NCBI GenBank assembly: GCA_963645005.1
Contig: CAVIRL010000001.1
Location: 1 to 56,924, forward strand
Source: Prevotella sp. P5-108
GTDB lineage: Bacteria; Bacillota; Clostridia; Lachnospirales; Lachnospiraceae
DNA length: 56,924 bases
Reading direction: 5' to 3'
The notes beneath the pieces are model-generated. The model was not told the origin of the DNA. It made no database searches and saw only the letters and a program-made list of their open reading frames with translations. Below are positions 26,019-36,652 of this stretch, one piece after another. Position numbers and translations under genes: made by a program. How positions within the stretch are numbered: the stretch's first letter is position 1; every line of letters begins with the position of its first letter.

Positions 26019-27572
26019 TTAACCGCGCAGGCAGAACTCGCTGCAGTCTACCACGCGGGTGGCAAAGCCCTCGTAGAATTCCGGCTCATGGCAGATCAAA
26101 AGGATGCTGCCTTTGTAAGCCTTTAAGGCCCGGGCCAGTTCTTCCTTGGCATCTACATCCAGATGATTGGTCGGCTCGTCCAGAAGCAGTACATTGGTCT
26201 CCCGGTTGATCAGTTTACATAATCTTACTTTTGCCTGCTCCCCACCGGACAAGACACGCACCTGACTCTCGATATGCTTGGTAGTCAGGCCGCATTTTGC
26301 CAGGGCGGAACGCACCTGATACTGGGTGTAGGACGGGAATTCCTTCCAGATTTCCTCGATACAGGTGGTGGTATTGCCCGGTGCCATCTCCTGCTCAAAA
26401 TAGCCCGGATACAGATAATCTCCCAGTTCTACACTGCCGGACAGCGCCGGGATCAGACCCAGAATGCTCTTTAACAGGGTGGTCTTTCCGATTCCGTTGG
26501 AGCCCTTTAAAACCACCTTCTCGCCGCGCTCCATGCTGATGTCAAAGGGGCGGGTCAGCGGCTCGCCGTAGCCGATCACCAAATCCTTCGCCTCGAAGAT
26601 CATCTTGCCTGCGGCACGGGCTTCCATGAAATGAAACTCTGGCTTCGGTTTCTCCTTTGCCAGCTCAATGACGTCCATCTTATCCAGCTTTTTCTGGCGG
26701 GACATGGCCATGTTTCTTGTGGAAACTCTTGCCTTGTTGCGGGCCACGAAATCCTCCAGTTCCGCAATCTCCTGCTGCTGACGCTTGTAGGCTGCCTCCA
26801 GCTGCGCCTTCTTCGCTGCGTAAACCTCCTGGAAATGATCATAATCACCCACATAACGGTCCAGCTTCTGGTTTTCCATGTGATAAATCAGGTTGATGAC
26901 GCTGTTTAAGAACGGAATATCATGGGAGATCAGAATAAAGGCATTCTCATACTCCTGCAGATAACGTTTCAGCCACTCAATGTGCTGCTCATCCAGATAG
27001 TTGGTCGGCTCATCTAAAAGCAGGATATCCGGCTTCTCCAGAAGCAGCTTGCCCAGGAGCACCTTGGTACGCTGGCCGCCTGAAAGTTCGGAAACATCTT
27101 TATCCATGCCGATTTCCTGCAGTCCCAGGGCGCGGCCGACTTCCTCCACCTTGCTGTCAATGATATAGAAATCATGAGCCATCAAAAGATCCTGAATGGT
27201 GCCCAGCTCCTCCATCATGGCGTTCATCTCGTCCTCAGATGCTTCGCCCATCCTGTCACAGATGGCATTCATCTGCTCTTCCATCTCAAACAGATATGCA
27301 AAGGCGCTTTTTAACACGTCGCGGATGGTCATTCCCTTCTCCAGCACCGTATGCTGGTCCAGATAACCGGCGCGCACATGCTTTGCCCACTCGACCTTGC
27401 CCTCATCCGGCTGCAGTTTGCCGGTGATGATGTTCATGAAGGTGGATTTACCCTCACCGTTTGCGCCGACCAGACCGATGTGCTCGCCCTTTAACAGACG
27501 GAAGGAAACGTCCTGGAAAATAGCCCGGTCACCAAATCCGTGGCTCAGATGTTCTACATTTAAAATGCTCAT
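26019..27572 (-). CDS. ABC-F family ribosome-associated ATPase (YfmM-like)
   Basis: Two NBDs (GANGEGKST / LSGGQ / LLLDEPTN and GSNGIGKTT / LSGGE / LLLDEPTNHLD) with no TM segments. The N-terminus HGFGDRAIF..FRLLKGEH resembles B. subtilis YfmM. Confidence 0.93.
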   Translation of the reverse strand: MSILNVEHLSHGFGDRAIFQDVSFRLLKGEHIGLVGANGEGKSTFMNIITGKLQPDEGKVEWAKHVRAGYLDQHTVLEKGMTIRDVLKSAFAYLFEMEEQMNAICDRMGEASEDEMNAMMEELGTIQDLLMAHDFYIIDSKVEEVGRALGLQEIGMDKDVSELSGGQRTKVLLGKLLLEKPDILLLDEPTNYLDEQHIEWLKRYLQEYENAFILISHDIPFLNSVINLIYHMENQKLDRYVGDYDHFQEVYAAKKAQLEAAYKRQQQEIAELEDFVARNKARVSTRNMAMSRQKKLDKMDVIELAKEKPKPEFHFMEARAAGKMIFEAKDLVIGYGEPLTRPFDISMERGEKVVLKGSNGIGKTTLLKSILGLIPALSGSVELGDYLYPGYFEQEMAPGNTTTCIEEIWKEFPSYTQYQVRSALAKCGLTTKHIESQVRVLSGGEQAKVRLCKLINRETNVLLLDEPTNHLDVDAKEELARALKAYKGSILLICHEPEFYEGFATRVVDCSEFCLRG

Positions 27573-27808
27573 TCAAAACTCCTCTCAAAATCCAATATCG
27601 CGCTGTATCCTGCAATGCTTTCCGCTTCGGGTACCGCTGCATGACAGCCCCAAGCGCACGACTGTGTCTCATTTTACATGAGAAACTATGCGGTGGCAAG
27701 CTCTTTTCCGGGAATTCCCGCATATCTTATGGTAATTACGCACCGGTCTGTATGACCCCGGATACTTTTCCTGTCACAGGACCGCCGCAAACTTTTCCGG
27801 GAGGTTCC

Positions 27809-28042
27809 ATGGTTCTTCCTCTCAGTCACATTCCCCCTGCCTCTGATGCCCGTATCGTCTGGATCGCCAGTGAACCGGTCCGGCGGGAACGCCTTGCCAG
27901 CCAGGGCTTTGTTCCCGATGAAATAGTTCGCTGTGTCCGCCGATCCCGCCGCAGGCGGCTTTTTCTGTTCCGGGTGCGTGGGCGCCTGGTTCTGCTGCCA
28001 AGAAAACCGGCTGATGAGATCTTTGCGGAAATCCAAAGCTGA
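27809..28042 (+). CDS. FeoA-family (SH3-like) small protein, Arg-rich
   Basis: MVLPLSHIPPASDARIVWI..RERLASQGFVPDEIV..FRVRGRLVLL..ADEIFAE follows the FeoA pattern. GGAGG RBS. Confidence 0.65.
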   Translation: MVLPLSHIPPASDARIVWIASEPVRRERLASQGFVPDEIVRCVRRSRRRRLFLFRVRGRLVLLPRKPADEIFAEIQS

Positions 28043-28061
28043 TCCTTCCCAATAAAACTTC

Positions 28062-28152
28062 GTAACTGTTCCATAGCTTCACAGTCACGAGCAAAAATCC
28101 CATGTTTTCGTACGGTCAGCGCAGCAAATGCGCAGATCTCCTAAACAAAAAC
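28062..28152 (+). repeat. MITE/REP-like element, internally deleted copy
   Basis: Left TIR GTAACTGTTC..CTTCACAGTCACGAGCAAAAATCC joins directly to CATGTTTTC..GGTCAGCGCAGCAAATGCGCAGA; right end degenerate. Confidence 0.8.
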
Positions 28153-28155
28153 TTC

Positions 28156-28184
28156 TTAACAATTTGAAACAAACGCAGTATAAT
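28156..28184 (+). promoter_or_regulatory. sigma-A promoter of the HD hydrolase
   Basis: TTAACA-17 nt-TATAAT. Confidence 0.65.
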
Positions 28185-28267
28185 GGAAAAAATTTCAGAC
28201 ACTGCTTTCAGAACACCCGGGAAATGCAGGACAGAAAGCAGAATTACAGATTAGGAGGCAACACGAA

Positions 28268-28852
28268 ATGAAGAGTCAGATCACAAGAGATGAAGCATTC
28301 AACTTACTGAAAGCATACAACAAGGAGCCGTTCCATATCCTGCACGGTCTCACTGTGGAAGGTGTCATGCGCTGGTACGCAAAGGAACTGGGTTACGGGG
28401 ATGAGGAAGATTTCTGGGGAATCTGCGGACTGCTCCACGATATTGATTTTGAGCTATATCCGGAGCAGCACTGCATCAAGGCACCGGAGCTGTTAAAGGC
28501 GGGCGGCGTTGGCGATGACATGATCCACACCATCTGCTCTCACGGCTACGGCATCTGCTGCGATGTGGAGCCGGTTCATGAGATGGAGAAGGTGCTGTTC
28601 GCCGCAGACGAGCTGACCGGCCTGATCGGCGCAGCCGCCCGCATGCGCCCATCCAAAAGCACCAAAGATATGGAGGTGTCCAGCTTAAAGAAGAAATTCA
28701 AAGATAAAAAGTTCGCAGCCGGATGCTCCCGCGATGTCATCCGCACCGGTGCCGAGCGTCTGGGATGGGAGCTGGATGAGCTCTTTGCAAAGACCATTGA
28801 GGCTATGCGATCCTGCGAGGATTATGTCAACGCAGAAATGGAACAGGAATAA
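28268..28852 (+). CDS. HD-superfamily hydrolase
   Basis: H...GLLHDIDFE..H...I.SHG..LFAADELTGLI; AGGAGG RBS. Confidence 0.88.
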   Translation: MKSQITRDEAFNLLKAYNKEPFHILHGLTVEGVMRWYAKELGYGDEEDFWGICGLLHDIDFELYPEQHCIKAPELLKAGGVGDDMIHTICSHGYGICCDVEPVHEMEKVLFAADELTGLIGAAARMRPSKSTKDMEVSSLKKKFKDKKFAAGCSRDVIRTGAERLGWELDELFAKTIEAMRSCEDYVNAEMEQE

Positions 28853-28857
28853 AATTT

Positions 28858-29907
28858 TTATTTCTCCACGTTATTGCGGTCGGTTAAAATGATCCCCTTA
28901 TAGCGTGGAGAAATTCTCTCCAGTTCATAACACTCGCCCTCCGGGGTCGGGTACCGGCTGATGAAGTCGCGGATGGTCTTCATCTCGTCTGCGGTTAAGT
29001 CAAACTGCAGGGTCTGGATGTTGGACTGGACATGTTTGGAGTTTCTGGTTCCGACCATGACAGCGCCTACACTCTTCTGGTTTAAGATGTACTGGGTTGC
29101 CACGTTGGCAATGGTAACGCCGTGATGCTCTGCGATCTCTTTTAAGACCGGAAGCAGCTTCTGCATGCCGTCCCATCCCAGGGAATCCTCAATGATCTGC
29201 ATATATTTGACCTGGGAACGGGTCTCTGGTGCCTCGTATTTCTTGCCCATGTAACGCTCTGTCAGAAATCCGCCTGCAAGTGTACCGTAGGCAAAGGTGT
29301 AAATGCCATGCTCGGCACTGTAGTCTAACAGGGTGCGCTCCGGGCGGCGGTCAAATACAGAATACTGGGCCTGATTGGAAACAACCGGAATGCCTGCGTC
29401 TACCATCAGCTTTAAGGCATTGGTGTCCATGTTGCACATACCGATGTTGCGGATCTTGCCCTTCTCCTGGAGGCGTACCAGATCAAAGGCAGTATCCAGC
29501 ATGCCCGGCACGTCAAAATCCCACCAGTGGAACTGCACCAGATCCAGCGCTTCGCGGTGCATGCGCTTTAAGGAACGGTCCACGATGCCCTCGGTGTATT
29601 CCATGTTGATGACCGGCAGCACATCCTTATCCGGCACAAATTTGGTGTGAATCTGGATGTTCTCCTCCTGATAATGTCCGGTTCCCTTTAAATCCATAAC
29701 AAAACGGCCCAGCACTTCCTCCGCGCCAGTGTAGATATCCGCACAGTCGAAGGTGGTGAAACCCTGCTCCACTAACATGTGGAAAGCGCGGATGGCGTCA
29801 TCGTAGTCGAGATGTCCCTGCAGGCAGTGCTCGGCAGACAGCTGCCAGCAGCCATTGATGACACGGTTGAAGGTATATCCATTTTTAAACTGACATTTTT
29901 TCTGCAT
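28858..29907 (-). CDS. Aldo/keto reductase
   Basis: GCWQL, FDCADIY, IHTK, SLKRM..LDLVQFHW, GKIRNIG..N, NQAQYS..DRR. Confidence 0.93.
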   Translation of the reverse strand: MQKKCQFKNGYTFNRVINGCWQLSAEHCLQGHLDYDDAIRAFHMLVEQGFTTFDCADIYTGAEEVLGRFVMDLKGTGHYQEENIQIHTKFVPDKDVLPVINMEYTEGIVDRSLKRMHREALDLVQFHWWDFDVPGMLDTAFDLVRLQEKGKIRNIGMCNMDTNALKLMVDAGIPVVSNQAQYSVFDRRPERTLLDYSAEHGIYTFAYGTLAGGFLTERYMGKKYEAPETRSQVKYMQIIEDSLGWDGMQKLLPVLKEIAEHHGVTIANVATQYILNQKSVGAVMVGTRNSKHVQSNIQTLQFDLTADEMKTIRDFISRYPTPEGECYELERISPRYKGIILTDRNNVEK

Positions 29908-29951
29908 ATTCTATTCTCCTTTGAACCTGGCATACGCAGGTTCTGTTGTTC

Positions 29952-29991
29952 CGGCCAGCGCAGCAAATGCGCAGACCTACTGAACAGTTAC
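29952..29991 (+). repeat. MITE/REP-like element, right-end fragment
   Basis: CGGCCAGCGCAGCAAATGCGCAGACCTACTGAACAGTTAC, 1 nt from the TIGR04076 stop codon. Confidence 0.8.
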
Positions 29992-29992
29992 C

Positions 29993-30334
29993 TTATTTCT
30001 CTGCTTTCCCTAACGGCACCACGGTACACTGTCCGTGGCTCTGGATCCGTTTTCCGATCCGGGTGATCTTAAACCGTGCCCCGCAGTTCGGATCCGGACA
30101 GGCAATCTCGGTATCGGACAGCATCCAGTCATTGGGATGCAGAGGCCGCTCCTTGGCCGGAAGCACCGGGAGCAGGGCGCTCAGGGAATACATGGAAAAG
30201 GAGGTATTCTCCGGGAACACCAGATTCTCGCCCTGCACCAGGAAATAATCGCCCACCTTGTGGCTGCAGACCATGGGACGGCTGCCGGCCACCACTTCTA
30301 CTTTCAGATCATATAACTCAAAGGTATCGTCCAT
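29993..30334 (-). CDS. TIGR04076-family protein
   Basis: FELYDLKVEV..CSHKVGDYF..G..FSMYSLSALLP.LPAKER..IACPDPNCG..FKITR. Confidence 0.8.
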   Translation of the reverse strand: MDDTFELYDLKVEVVAGSRPMVCSHKVGDYFLVQGENLVFPENTSFSMYSLSALLPVLPAKERPLHPNDWMLSDTEIACPDPNCGARFKITRIGKRIQSHGQCTVVPLGKAEK

Positions 30335-30335
30335 G

Positions 30336-31715
30336 TTACTCCTCTTTCTGACATCCCCATCCGGTGACCACTGCGATCAGGAATACGATAAACAGCGCAA
30401 ATCCGTAAATGGTTCCGGCAGCGACCGTTACCGGAGAAAGTCCGGTCAGGGCAGAGCCGATGAAGACGAACACGCTCATAAACGGGATGATAGCCGGAAG
30501 GCTGTTGGCCGTGCCGTCTAACAGGTTCGCGCGGCGGTACGGATGGATGTTTCTGGCTGCTCCGATCTTGTTTAAGATTGGTCCGAAGGTCAGAATGGAA
30601 GCACTGGTCACACCGCCCAGTAAAATGGTGGTGAAGGAAATGCCTGCCATGCAGACCAGCTCCGCGCCGCGGGCACTCTCTGCCATCTTGCTGCCAAGAA
30701 TCTTCTCCGCGATCAGGTTCAGCATTCCGGCATCGGTCAGCACGCCCATAATTCCAAATACAGAAATAACCAGCGCACAGGTCGGCAGAATATTGTTGAT
30801 GCCGTCGATCAGAAAGCCGACTGCCGCATTGTTGGCTGCATCATTGGAGAAAACCTGGGCCGGAGTGAAGAGACCGGCTGCAAGACCGGTGAATGTGCCG
30901 ACTGCAAGACCCACCAGAATGCCCTCGTAAATGTTCCGGGTTTTGGTGGAGACTGCCAGCATCAGCACAACCGGGATCAGCATCACCAGAGACACCGGAT
31001 TTGCTGCCGCGTCAATGGAACCGCCCTCGTAGGTTCCGCCGATTCCGCCAAGTACCGCGAACAGTGCAATGGTAATGATGCCTGCCACTGCGGAATACTT
31101 GATACGGCTGGCTACCACGCCGCCGATATCGGCCGGTGTTCCGTTCTTAAACTGCTGGGTAGATGCGGATGCAATGGTGGTATCGGAAATCGGAGCCAGG
31201 TTGTCACCGAAGATCGCCCCGGATACGATACAGCCCGCCATCATCATCTCATTTGCGCCTAACATCATGCCCGCCGGATAGAAGATCGGGAAGGCAATGA
31301 ACATGGTTCCGATGGAGGAACCGGTGGCCGTGGACACGATACAGGTGGCAATGAAGGTAAAGGCTACGAAGATGCCGCCCTTCATGCCGACTGCATTGGC
31401 AATCCACACGAAACCGCCGGACAGGCCACAGAGCTTGATCAGCGCACTGAACATGCCGACTAACAGCAGAATCACTACAACAGATACCGATGTAATGGAA
31501 GAAATACCGCGAACCGCACTGTCCCAGAACCTACTGTAGCTGGTACAAAATACGCCTCCGATCAGCAGAGCCAGAAAACCGCCCACTGCTAACGCTTCCA
31601 TGTTAAATGCCTTAAAACCAATAAACAGCACCATGCAGAAAAACACATAGATGCCAACCGGGATCAGCGACATGCCGACTCCACCGCGAAACTCTAATTT
31701 TTTCTCCTCTTCCAT
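30336..31715 (-). CDS. Na+/H+ antiporter NhaC-family transporter
   Basis: Multi-TM protein; STATGSSIGT and SGAIFGDNLAPISDTTIASA are NhaC-family motifs. Start ATG 31715 after AAGGAG. Confidence 0.88.
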   Translation of the reverse strand: MEEEKKLEFRGGVGMSLIPVGIYVFFCMVLFIGFKAFNMEALAVGGFLALLIGGVFCTSYSRFWDSAVRGISSITSVSVVVILLLVGMFSALIKLCGLSGGFVWIANAVGMKGGIFVAFTFIATCIVSTATGSSIGTMFIAFPIFYPAGMMLGANEMMMAGCIVSGAIFGDNLAPISDTTIASASTQQFKNGTPADIGGVVASRIKYSAVAGIITIALFAVLGGIGGTYEGGSIDAAANPVSLVMLIPVVLMLAVSTKTRNIYEGILVGLAVGTFTGLAAGLFTPAQVFSNDAANNAAVGFLIDGINNILPTCALVISVFGIMGVLTDAGMLNLIAEKILGSKMAESARGAELVCMAGISFTTILLGGVTSASILTFGPILNKIGAARNIHPYRRANLLDGTANSLPAIIPFMSVFVFIGSALTGLSPVTVAAGTIYGFALFIVFLIAVVTGWGCQKEE

Positions 31716-31817
31716 ATGCAGCTCCTTTTTTTCGCAAGAATTGTTATACCACATTCCCTGTTTCATATCCGCTCACTAAAATCTGCCCGATACTTTTTCA
31801 GTTTAATGTTGTAAATC

Positions 31818-31846
31818 ATCATAGCAAGATATAGGGATTGCGTCAA
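31818..31846 (-). promoter_or_regulatory. sigma-A promoter of the NhaC operon
   Basis: TTGACG-17 nt-TATGAT with TG extension. Confidence 0.7.
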
Positions 31847-31901
31847 GAGCAGAAAATGAAAAAAAGAATGTGCCAGGGCACATTCTCGCGCGGTCTAAAA
31901 A

Positions 31902-31972
<71 letters not shown>

Positions 31973-31993
31973 ATGCTTGTAGAAACATTGCCT

Positions 31994-32022
31994 ATTATAA
32001 ATCTTATTTTTCTAAAAGTAAA
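31994..32022 (-). promoter_or_regulatory. Promoter of tRNA-Gly
   Basis: TTTACT-17 nt-TATAAT. Confidence 0.65.
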
Positions 32023-32082
32023 GAGATTCCTGTTTTTTGCAAAAATCTTTGCAAAAATCTTTTCAGAAATCAGGAATCTCTT
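32021..32082 (-). terminator. Long inverted repeat ending the opp/hydrolase operon
   Basis: AAGAGATTCCTG...CAGGAATCTCTT enclosing tandem TTTGCAAAAATC. Confidence 0.55.
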
Positions 32083-32089
32083 AAAATAA

Positions 32090-33493
32090 TTATACTTCCT
32101 TCGGGAAGATACGGCTTCCGTAGCGGGCTGCGAATACGTGGCCTTCTTCGTCACGGATCGCGGTCAGGTAGATGTCAGAATAAGTTCTGCGCACCATACC
32201 CTGCCACGGATATACTGCCTGAAGAGGTACCGGTTTTCCGTTCACTGCCATAGCCAGCGTTCCATTCTCCCCGGTCAGGGTGAAAGCGTCGCCTTCGCCG
32301 GATACATAGTTTCCGGCTAACTCTGCCAGTTCTTCTTTGCTCCAGCTGCGCTCTGCGTGATCCTGGCGCTCTGCCTCGACCTCAAGGCCGCAGTAAGCGC
32401 GAAGAGCTGCGTCTGCGATGGCTGCCACGGAGACATCCATGGTGTTGCACAATACCACAATGCCGACCTCCTCCTGCGGGCAGAAGGAGAAGTTGGAGGA
32501 CACGCCCGGCAGGCTGCCTCCGTGCTCATAGACGGTGCGGTCTCCTAACTGCTTCGTCTCCAGGCCGTAGCAATAGTATACGCCCGGCTTCATGAACTGT
32601 CTCGGCTTTTCCATCTCCTGGACAGAATAACGGTCCACGATGCGGTTTCCGTTTCCGGCCATTCCTTCATTTAAATACATGACGGCATATTTCAGCATGT
32701 CACTCAGCGTGGACTTCATACCGCCGCCGCCGTGCAGAACGAAGGCATCATTCTGGTAATCACGGTCTGCTCTCCAGCTCCCATTCTCCAGGGAATACAG
32801 GACTGCCGCATTTTCATTCAGGCTGTTGCGGATAAAGCTGATATTGCTGCGCTCCATACCGATCGGCTTTAAGATTTTCTTGTCCAGATACTCCGCAAAG
32901 GAGCCATAACCGGAGTGACGTCGCACAATGTCAGACAGCAGGCCGAAGCCGTCGTTGCAGTAGCTCATGCGCTGTCCCGGGCGGCCGGTAAAGCGGGTCT
33001 GGGAGTCCAGGCGTCCTGCCACACGGCGGATGCCTTCCTCTGCGAAGTCTTCCCGATAGATGAGCTCTGCATCCAGAGAATCCGCAATGCCCATCTCTCG
33101 GGCGGTCCGATCCACAACAATACGCGGAAGCGGGAAATAGCCGCCGCTGTGGCACATCAGATGCCACAGCTTTACCGGCTCAGACTGGTTCTTGTTGGTG
33201 AACTCCGGAATATATTTCGAAACCGGATCATCTACCTTTAAAATGCCATCCTGCTGCATCTGCATGATGGACAGTGCCGTAAAGGATTTGGTTACGGATG
33301 CCATACCGAAGATGGTATCTCTGGTGATCGGGAGCCTGTTCTCTGCATCCCGGTACCCGAAGCAGCGCTCATACTGGAGTTCTCCGGCAGCATTGACGAT
33401 GCCCACCGCGATACCGCGCGCCTCGCCGTCCTTCATTACACGGGCAACCAGCTCTTCCAGCTTTGCTTTGCCCTCCTGTGTCATACGATTCAT
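32090..33493 (-). CDS. Serine hydrolase, beta-lactamase/AmpC/D-peptidase family
   Basis: SxxK (ASVTK), YxN (YCN), HGG (EHGGS), LMCHSGG. Confidence 0.9.
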   Translation of the reverse strand: MNRMTQEGKAKLEELVARVMKDGEARGIAVGIVNAAGELQYERCFGYRDAENRLPITRDTIFGMASVTKSFTALSIMQMQQDGILKVDDPVSKYIPEFTNKNQSEPVKLWHLMCHSGGYFPLPRIVVDRTAREMGIADSLDAELIYREDFAEEGIRRVAGRLDSQTRFTGRPGQRMSYCNDGFGLLSDIVRRHSGYGSFAEYLDKKILKPIGMERSNISFIRNSLNENAAVLYSLENGSWRADRDYQNDAFVLHGGGGMKSTLSDMLKYAVMYLNEGMAGNGNRIVDRYSVQEMEKPRQFMKPGVYYCYGLETKQLGDRTVYEHGGSLPGVSSNFSFCPQEEVGIVVLCNTMDVSVAAIADAALRAYCGLEVEAERQDHAERSWSKEELAELAGNYVSGEGDAFTLTGENGTLAMAVNGKPVPLQAVYPWQGMVRRTYSDIYLTAIRDEEGHVFAARYGSRIFPKEV

Positions 33494-34575
33494 GCCAGCA
33501 TCTCCTTTTTCAGACGTTTGATGCCAAGCCCCGGCTCAGAGGAAAGGATCAGGTTTCTGGTATCCTTTACGGTAAAGCCGCCCTCATACGGTAGCTCTTT
33601 TAAGGAGAAGGTCGCATCCAGGTCGGCACGGGTGATGTTCTTTAATGCAGCGCCCAGGGAAGCTGCCGCGGTTACACCGATGCCGCTCTCCTCAGCCATG
33701 CAGCCCAGCATAACTTCCACGCCGGCTGCTTCTGCGATCGCGGTGATCTTCTTTGCCTCATACAGGCCGCCGCACTTCATCAGCTTGATGTTGATGAGAT
33801 CGACTGCACGCTGGGAAACCAGCTGCAGGGCATCCTTGGAATCCCAGCAGCTTTCATCTGCCATGATCGGCACAGAACTGTGGGCGGTTACGAACTTCAG
33901 TCCCTCAAAATCGAAGCGCGGAACCGGCTGCTCTACCAGCTCAATGTCGTACTCGTTCAGGCGGTTGATGAGTTCCACAGCCTCTTTGGCTTTCCAGCCC
34001 TGGTTTGCGTCCAGGCGGATCTTCACCTGGTCACCGACTGCCTCACGGATCGCACGAACTCTAGCCAGATCGGAAGCAAAGTCTACACCGACCTTGGTCT
34101 TGATCACGTTGAAGCCGGCCTGTACATACGCTTTTGCGCGCTCAGCCATGACTGCCGGATCATCGATACCCACAGTCATGTCGGTCTCGATCTCACCGGA
34201 AAGTCCGCCCAGCACCTTGTACAGCGGAAGCTTCGTGCTCTTGCCGATGATGTCATGGCATGCCAGGTCAATGGCTGCCTTTGCGGTACCTGCGTAAGCT
34301 ACGGTGCGGTTCATCACCGTATAAATCGCCTCAATATCCCGCGGATCCATGCCGATGAGTTTTTCCTTCAGACGCTCTACGGTGGCAATGGTTCCATCCA
34401 GATTCTCACCGGTGATCAGCGGTCCCGGAGAACCCTCGCCATAGCCGATGATGCCCTCATCGGTCTCAACCTCCACCAGACAGCTAACCGCATGGGTGAT
34501 GAGCCCCAGTGCTATGCGGAACGGGCGCACCAGCGGCACCTGCATTCTGTAGGTCTTAATATCTGTAATCTTCAT
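33490..34575 (-). CDS. Dipeptide (L-Ala-D/L-Glu) epimerase, enolase superfamily
   Basis: KTKVG, RLDANQGW, VEQP, IMADES, NIKLMKCGG, GCMAE, DLD. Confidence 0.9.
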   Translation of the reverse strand: MKITDIKTYRMQVPLVRPFRIALGLITHAVSCLVEVETDEGIIGYGEGSPGPLITGENLDGTIATVERLKEKLIGMDPRDIEAIYTVMNRTVAYAGTAKAAIDLACHDIIGKSTKLPLYKVLGGLSGEIETDMTVGIDDPAVMAERAKAYVQAGFNVIKTKVGVDFASDLARVRAIREAVGDQVKIRLDANQGWKAKEAVELINRLNEYDIELVEQPVPRFDFEGLKFVTAHSSVPIMADESCWDSKDALQLVSQRAVDLINIKLMKCGGLYEAKKITAIAEAAGVEVMLGCMAEESGIGVTAAASLGAALKNITRADLDATFSLKELPYEGGFTVKDTRNLILSSEPGLGIKRLKKEMLA

Positions 34576-34625
34576 GATACTTCTATGCCTCCCCAATGAA
34601 TTTGATCATCAACTGTTCAATAGCT

Positions 34626-35654
34626 TCACAGTTTGTTATTTTCTGCGGCTCCGTTCTGCGCACAGGCACCATTGCAGAAATGGCAGGCGCAGAGATGGCC
34701 GCCTCCGATATCCTGAAGCTCCGGCTTCTGCGTAGAGCAGATCTCCTGTGCCATGAAGCAGCGGGTGTGGAAGATACATCCGGACGGTGGGTTTGCCGGG
34801 CTCGGCAGATCGCCCTGAAGAATGATCTTCTTTCTCTTAGAATGGCGCTCCGGCACCGGAATCGCAGACAGCAGCGCCTGGGTGTACGGATGGGACGGAT
34901 TCGCAAACAGCTCTTTTTTATCTGCCAGCTCTACCACATGCCCCAGATACATGACCATGACACGGTCTGAGATGTGCTTGATGACGCTTAAGTTGTGGGA
35001 AATGAAGATATATGCCATTCCCATGGATTCCTGCAGCTGACGCAACAGATTCAGCACCTGGGACTGAATGGAAACGTCCAGTGCGGATACCGGCTCATCA
35101 CAGACCACCAGGGACGGCCCCAGCACAATGGCCCGGGCAATACCGATCCTCTGGCGCTGGCCACCGGAAAACTCGTGCGGATAACGGTTGTAATATTTGG
35201 TGTTCAGTCCTACGACCTCCATCACCTTTAACACCTGGGCCCGGGTCTCCTCCTGCGTCTTATAGCGCTTCTGGATATTCAACGGCTCGGCAATGATCTC
35301 ACCGACCGTCATTCTCGGATTCAGAGATGCATACGGATCCTGGAAAATGATCTGCATATCCGCACGCATTTTCCGCAGCTCCTGACCGCTTGCCTTCGTG
35401 AAATCCTTTCCTTTATAGAAGATTTCACCGGAGGTCGGCTCGATCAGACGGAGCACGGAGCGTCCCATGGTGGACTTTCCGCAGCCGGACTCTCCTACCA
35501 CCCCCAGGGTTTCCTTCGGATTCAGGGTAAAGGATACATCGTCTACCGCCTTGATCCACGACTTATCCTTCTGGAGGAAGGAAGATTTTCCCGCAAAGAG
35601 CTTGCGCAGGTTCCGAACCTCCAGAAGAGGGGTATTTTCATTTACTTCACTCAT
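34626..35654 (-). CDS. oppF: Oligopeptide/dipeptide ABC ATPase (OppF/DppF)
   Basis: [34 protein letters not shown]-terminal PSP.NPPSGC.FHTRC. Confidence 0.9.
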   Translation of the reverse strand: MSEVNENTPLLEVRNLRKLFAGKSSFLQKDKSWIKAVDDVSFTLNPKETLGVVGESGCGKSTMGRSVLRLIEPTSGEIFYKGKDFTKASGQELRKMRADMQIIFQDPYASLNPRMTVGEIIAEPLNIQKRYKTQEETRAQVLKVMEVVGLNTKYYNRYPHEFSGGQRQRIGIARAIVLGPSLVVCDEPVSALDVSIQSQVLNLLRQLQESMGMAYIFISHNLSVIKHISDRVMVMYLGHVVELADKKELFANPSHPYTQALLSAIPVPERHSKRKKIILQGDLPSPANPPSGCIFHTRCFMAQEICSTQKPELQDIGGGHLCACHFCNGACAQNGAAENNKL

Positions 35655-36640
35655 CAGATGTTCTCCTCCCACTCCTTCGTATATTTAAAGCATCGCACTC
35701 TGCGGCCCTCTGTCTCAACCAGCTCCGGCATCCTCTGACGGCAGATCTCGCGGGCCTCCGGGCACCGCGGGCAGAATGCACATCCGGCCGGCATGTCATC
35801 GAAGCTCGGCACCATGCCCCTGATGACGCTCAGCTCTTTGGTATCGTCATCATCCAGCTTCGGAATGCATTTCATCAGGCCGTCGGTATAGGGGTGCATC
35901 GGCTTGTCAAAGATCTGGTCACAGGTTGCGTGCTCAACCACCTTTCCTGCATACATGACCATCACATCGTCGGCAACCTCTGCGATAACGCCAAGATCAT
36001 GGGTGATCATCATAACAGAGGTTCCGGTCTTTTCCTTTAACTCATTGATGAGATCCAGGATCTGCGCCTGAATGGTGACATCCAGGGCGGTGGTCGGCTC
36101 ATCACAGATCAGCATGGCTGGATTGCAGCAAAGTGCCATGGCGATCATGACACGCTGGCGCATACCACCGGAAAGCTGATGCGGATATTCATCAAATCGG
36201 CGTTCTGCCAGCGGGATCTTAACCAGCTTTAACATCTCGATGGCGCGGGCCTTGGCCTCCTGCTTCGTCATCTTCTCATGGAGCAGCAGTGCCTCAACGA
36301 GCTGCTGGCCAATGGTATATACCGGATTTAAGGAGGTCATCGGCTCCTGGAAGATCATGGCGATCTTCTTGCCGCGGATGCTTCTCATCTGAGCCTCGGT
36401 CATCTTTAACAGATCCTCACCCTCAAACAGGATCTCGCCGCCTTCGATCTTGCCCGGCTTTTCCACCAGACCCATGATCGATAAGGATGTGATGCTTTTT
36501 CCGCAGCCGGACTCACCTACGATGCCAAGAGTCTTTCCTCTTTCCACGTTAAAGGAAACATCGTTCACTGCTTTCACCAGACCGGCTTCAGTATGAAAGT
36601 AGGTTTTTAAATTTTTTACCTGTAAAATATTTTCTGCCAT
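35654..36640 (-). CDS. oppD: Oligopeptide/dipeptide ABC ATPase (OppD/DppD)
   Basis: [42 protein letters not shown]. Confidence 0.9.
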   Translation of the reverse strand: MAENILQVKNLKTYFHTEAGLVKAVNDVSFNVERGKTLGIVGESGCGKSITSLSIMGLVEKPGKIEGGEILFEGEDLLKMTEAQMRSIRGKKIAMIFQEPMTSLNPVYTIGQQLVEALLLHEKMTKQEAKARAIEMLKLVKIPLAERRFDEYPHQLSGGMRQRVMIAMALCCNPAMLICDEPTTALDVTIQAQILDLINELKEKTGTSVMMITHDLGVIAEVADDVMVMYAGKVVEHATCDQIFDKPMHPYTDGLMKCIPKLDDDDTKELSVIRGMVPSFDDMPAGCAFCPRCPEAREICRQRMPELVETEGRRVRCFKYTKEWEENI

Positions 36641-36652
36641 CTCTCATACCTC

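Noticed and set aside
26019..27572. Antibiotic-resistance ABC-F
   Set aside because: The sequence resembles housekeeping YfmM-type ABC-F proteins, and I found no clear leader-peptide attenuator.
32090..33493. Beta-lactam resistance gene
   Set aside because: No signal peptide, and it is embedded in a peptide uptake/epimerase operon. A peptidase role is more parsimonious.
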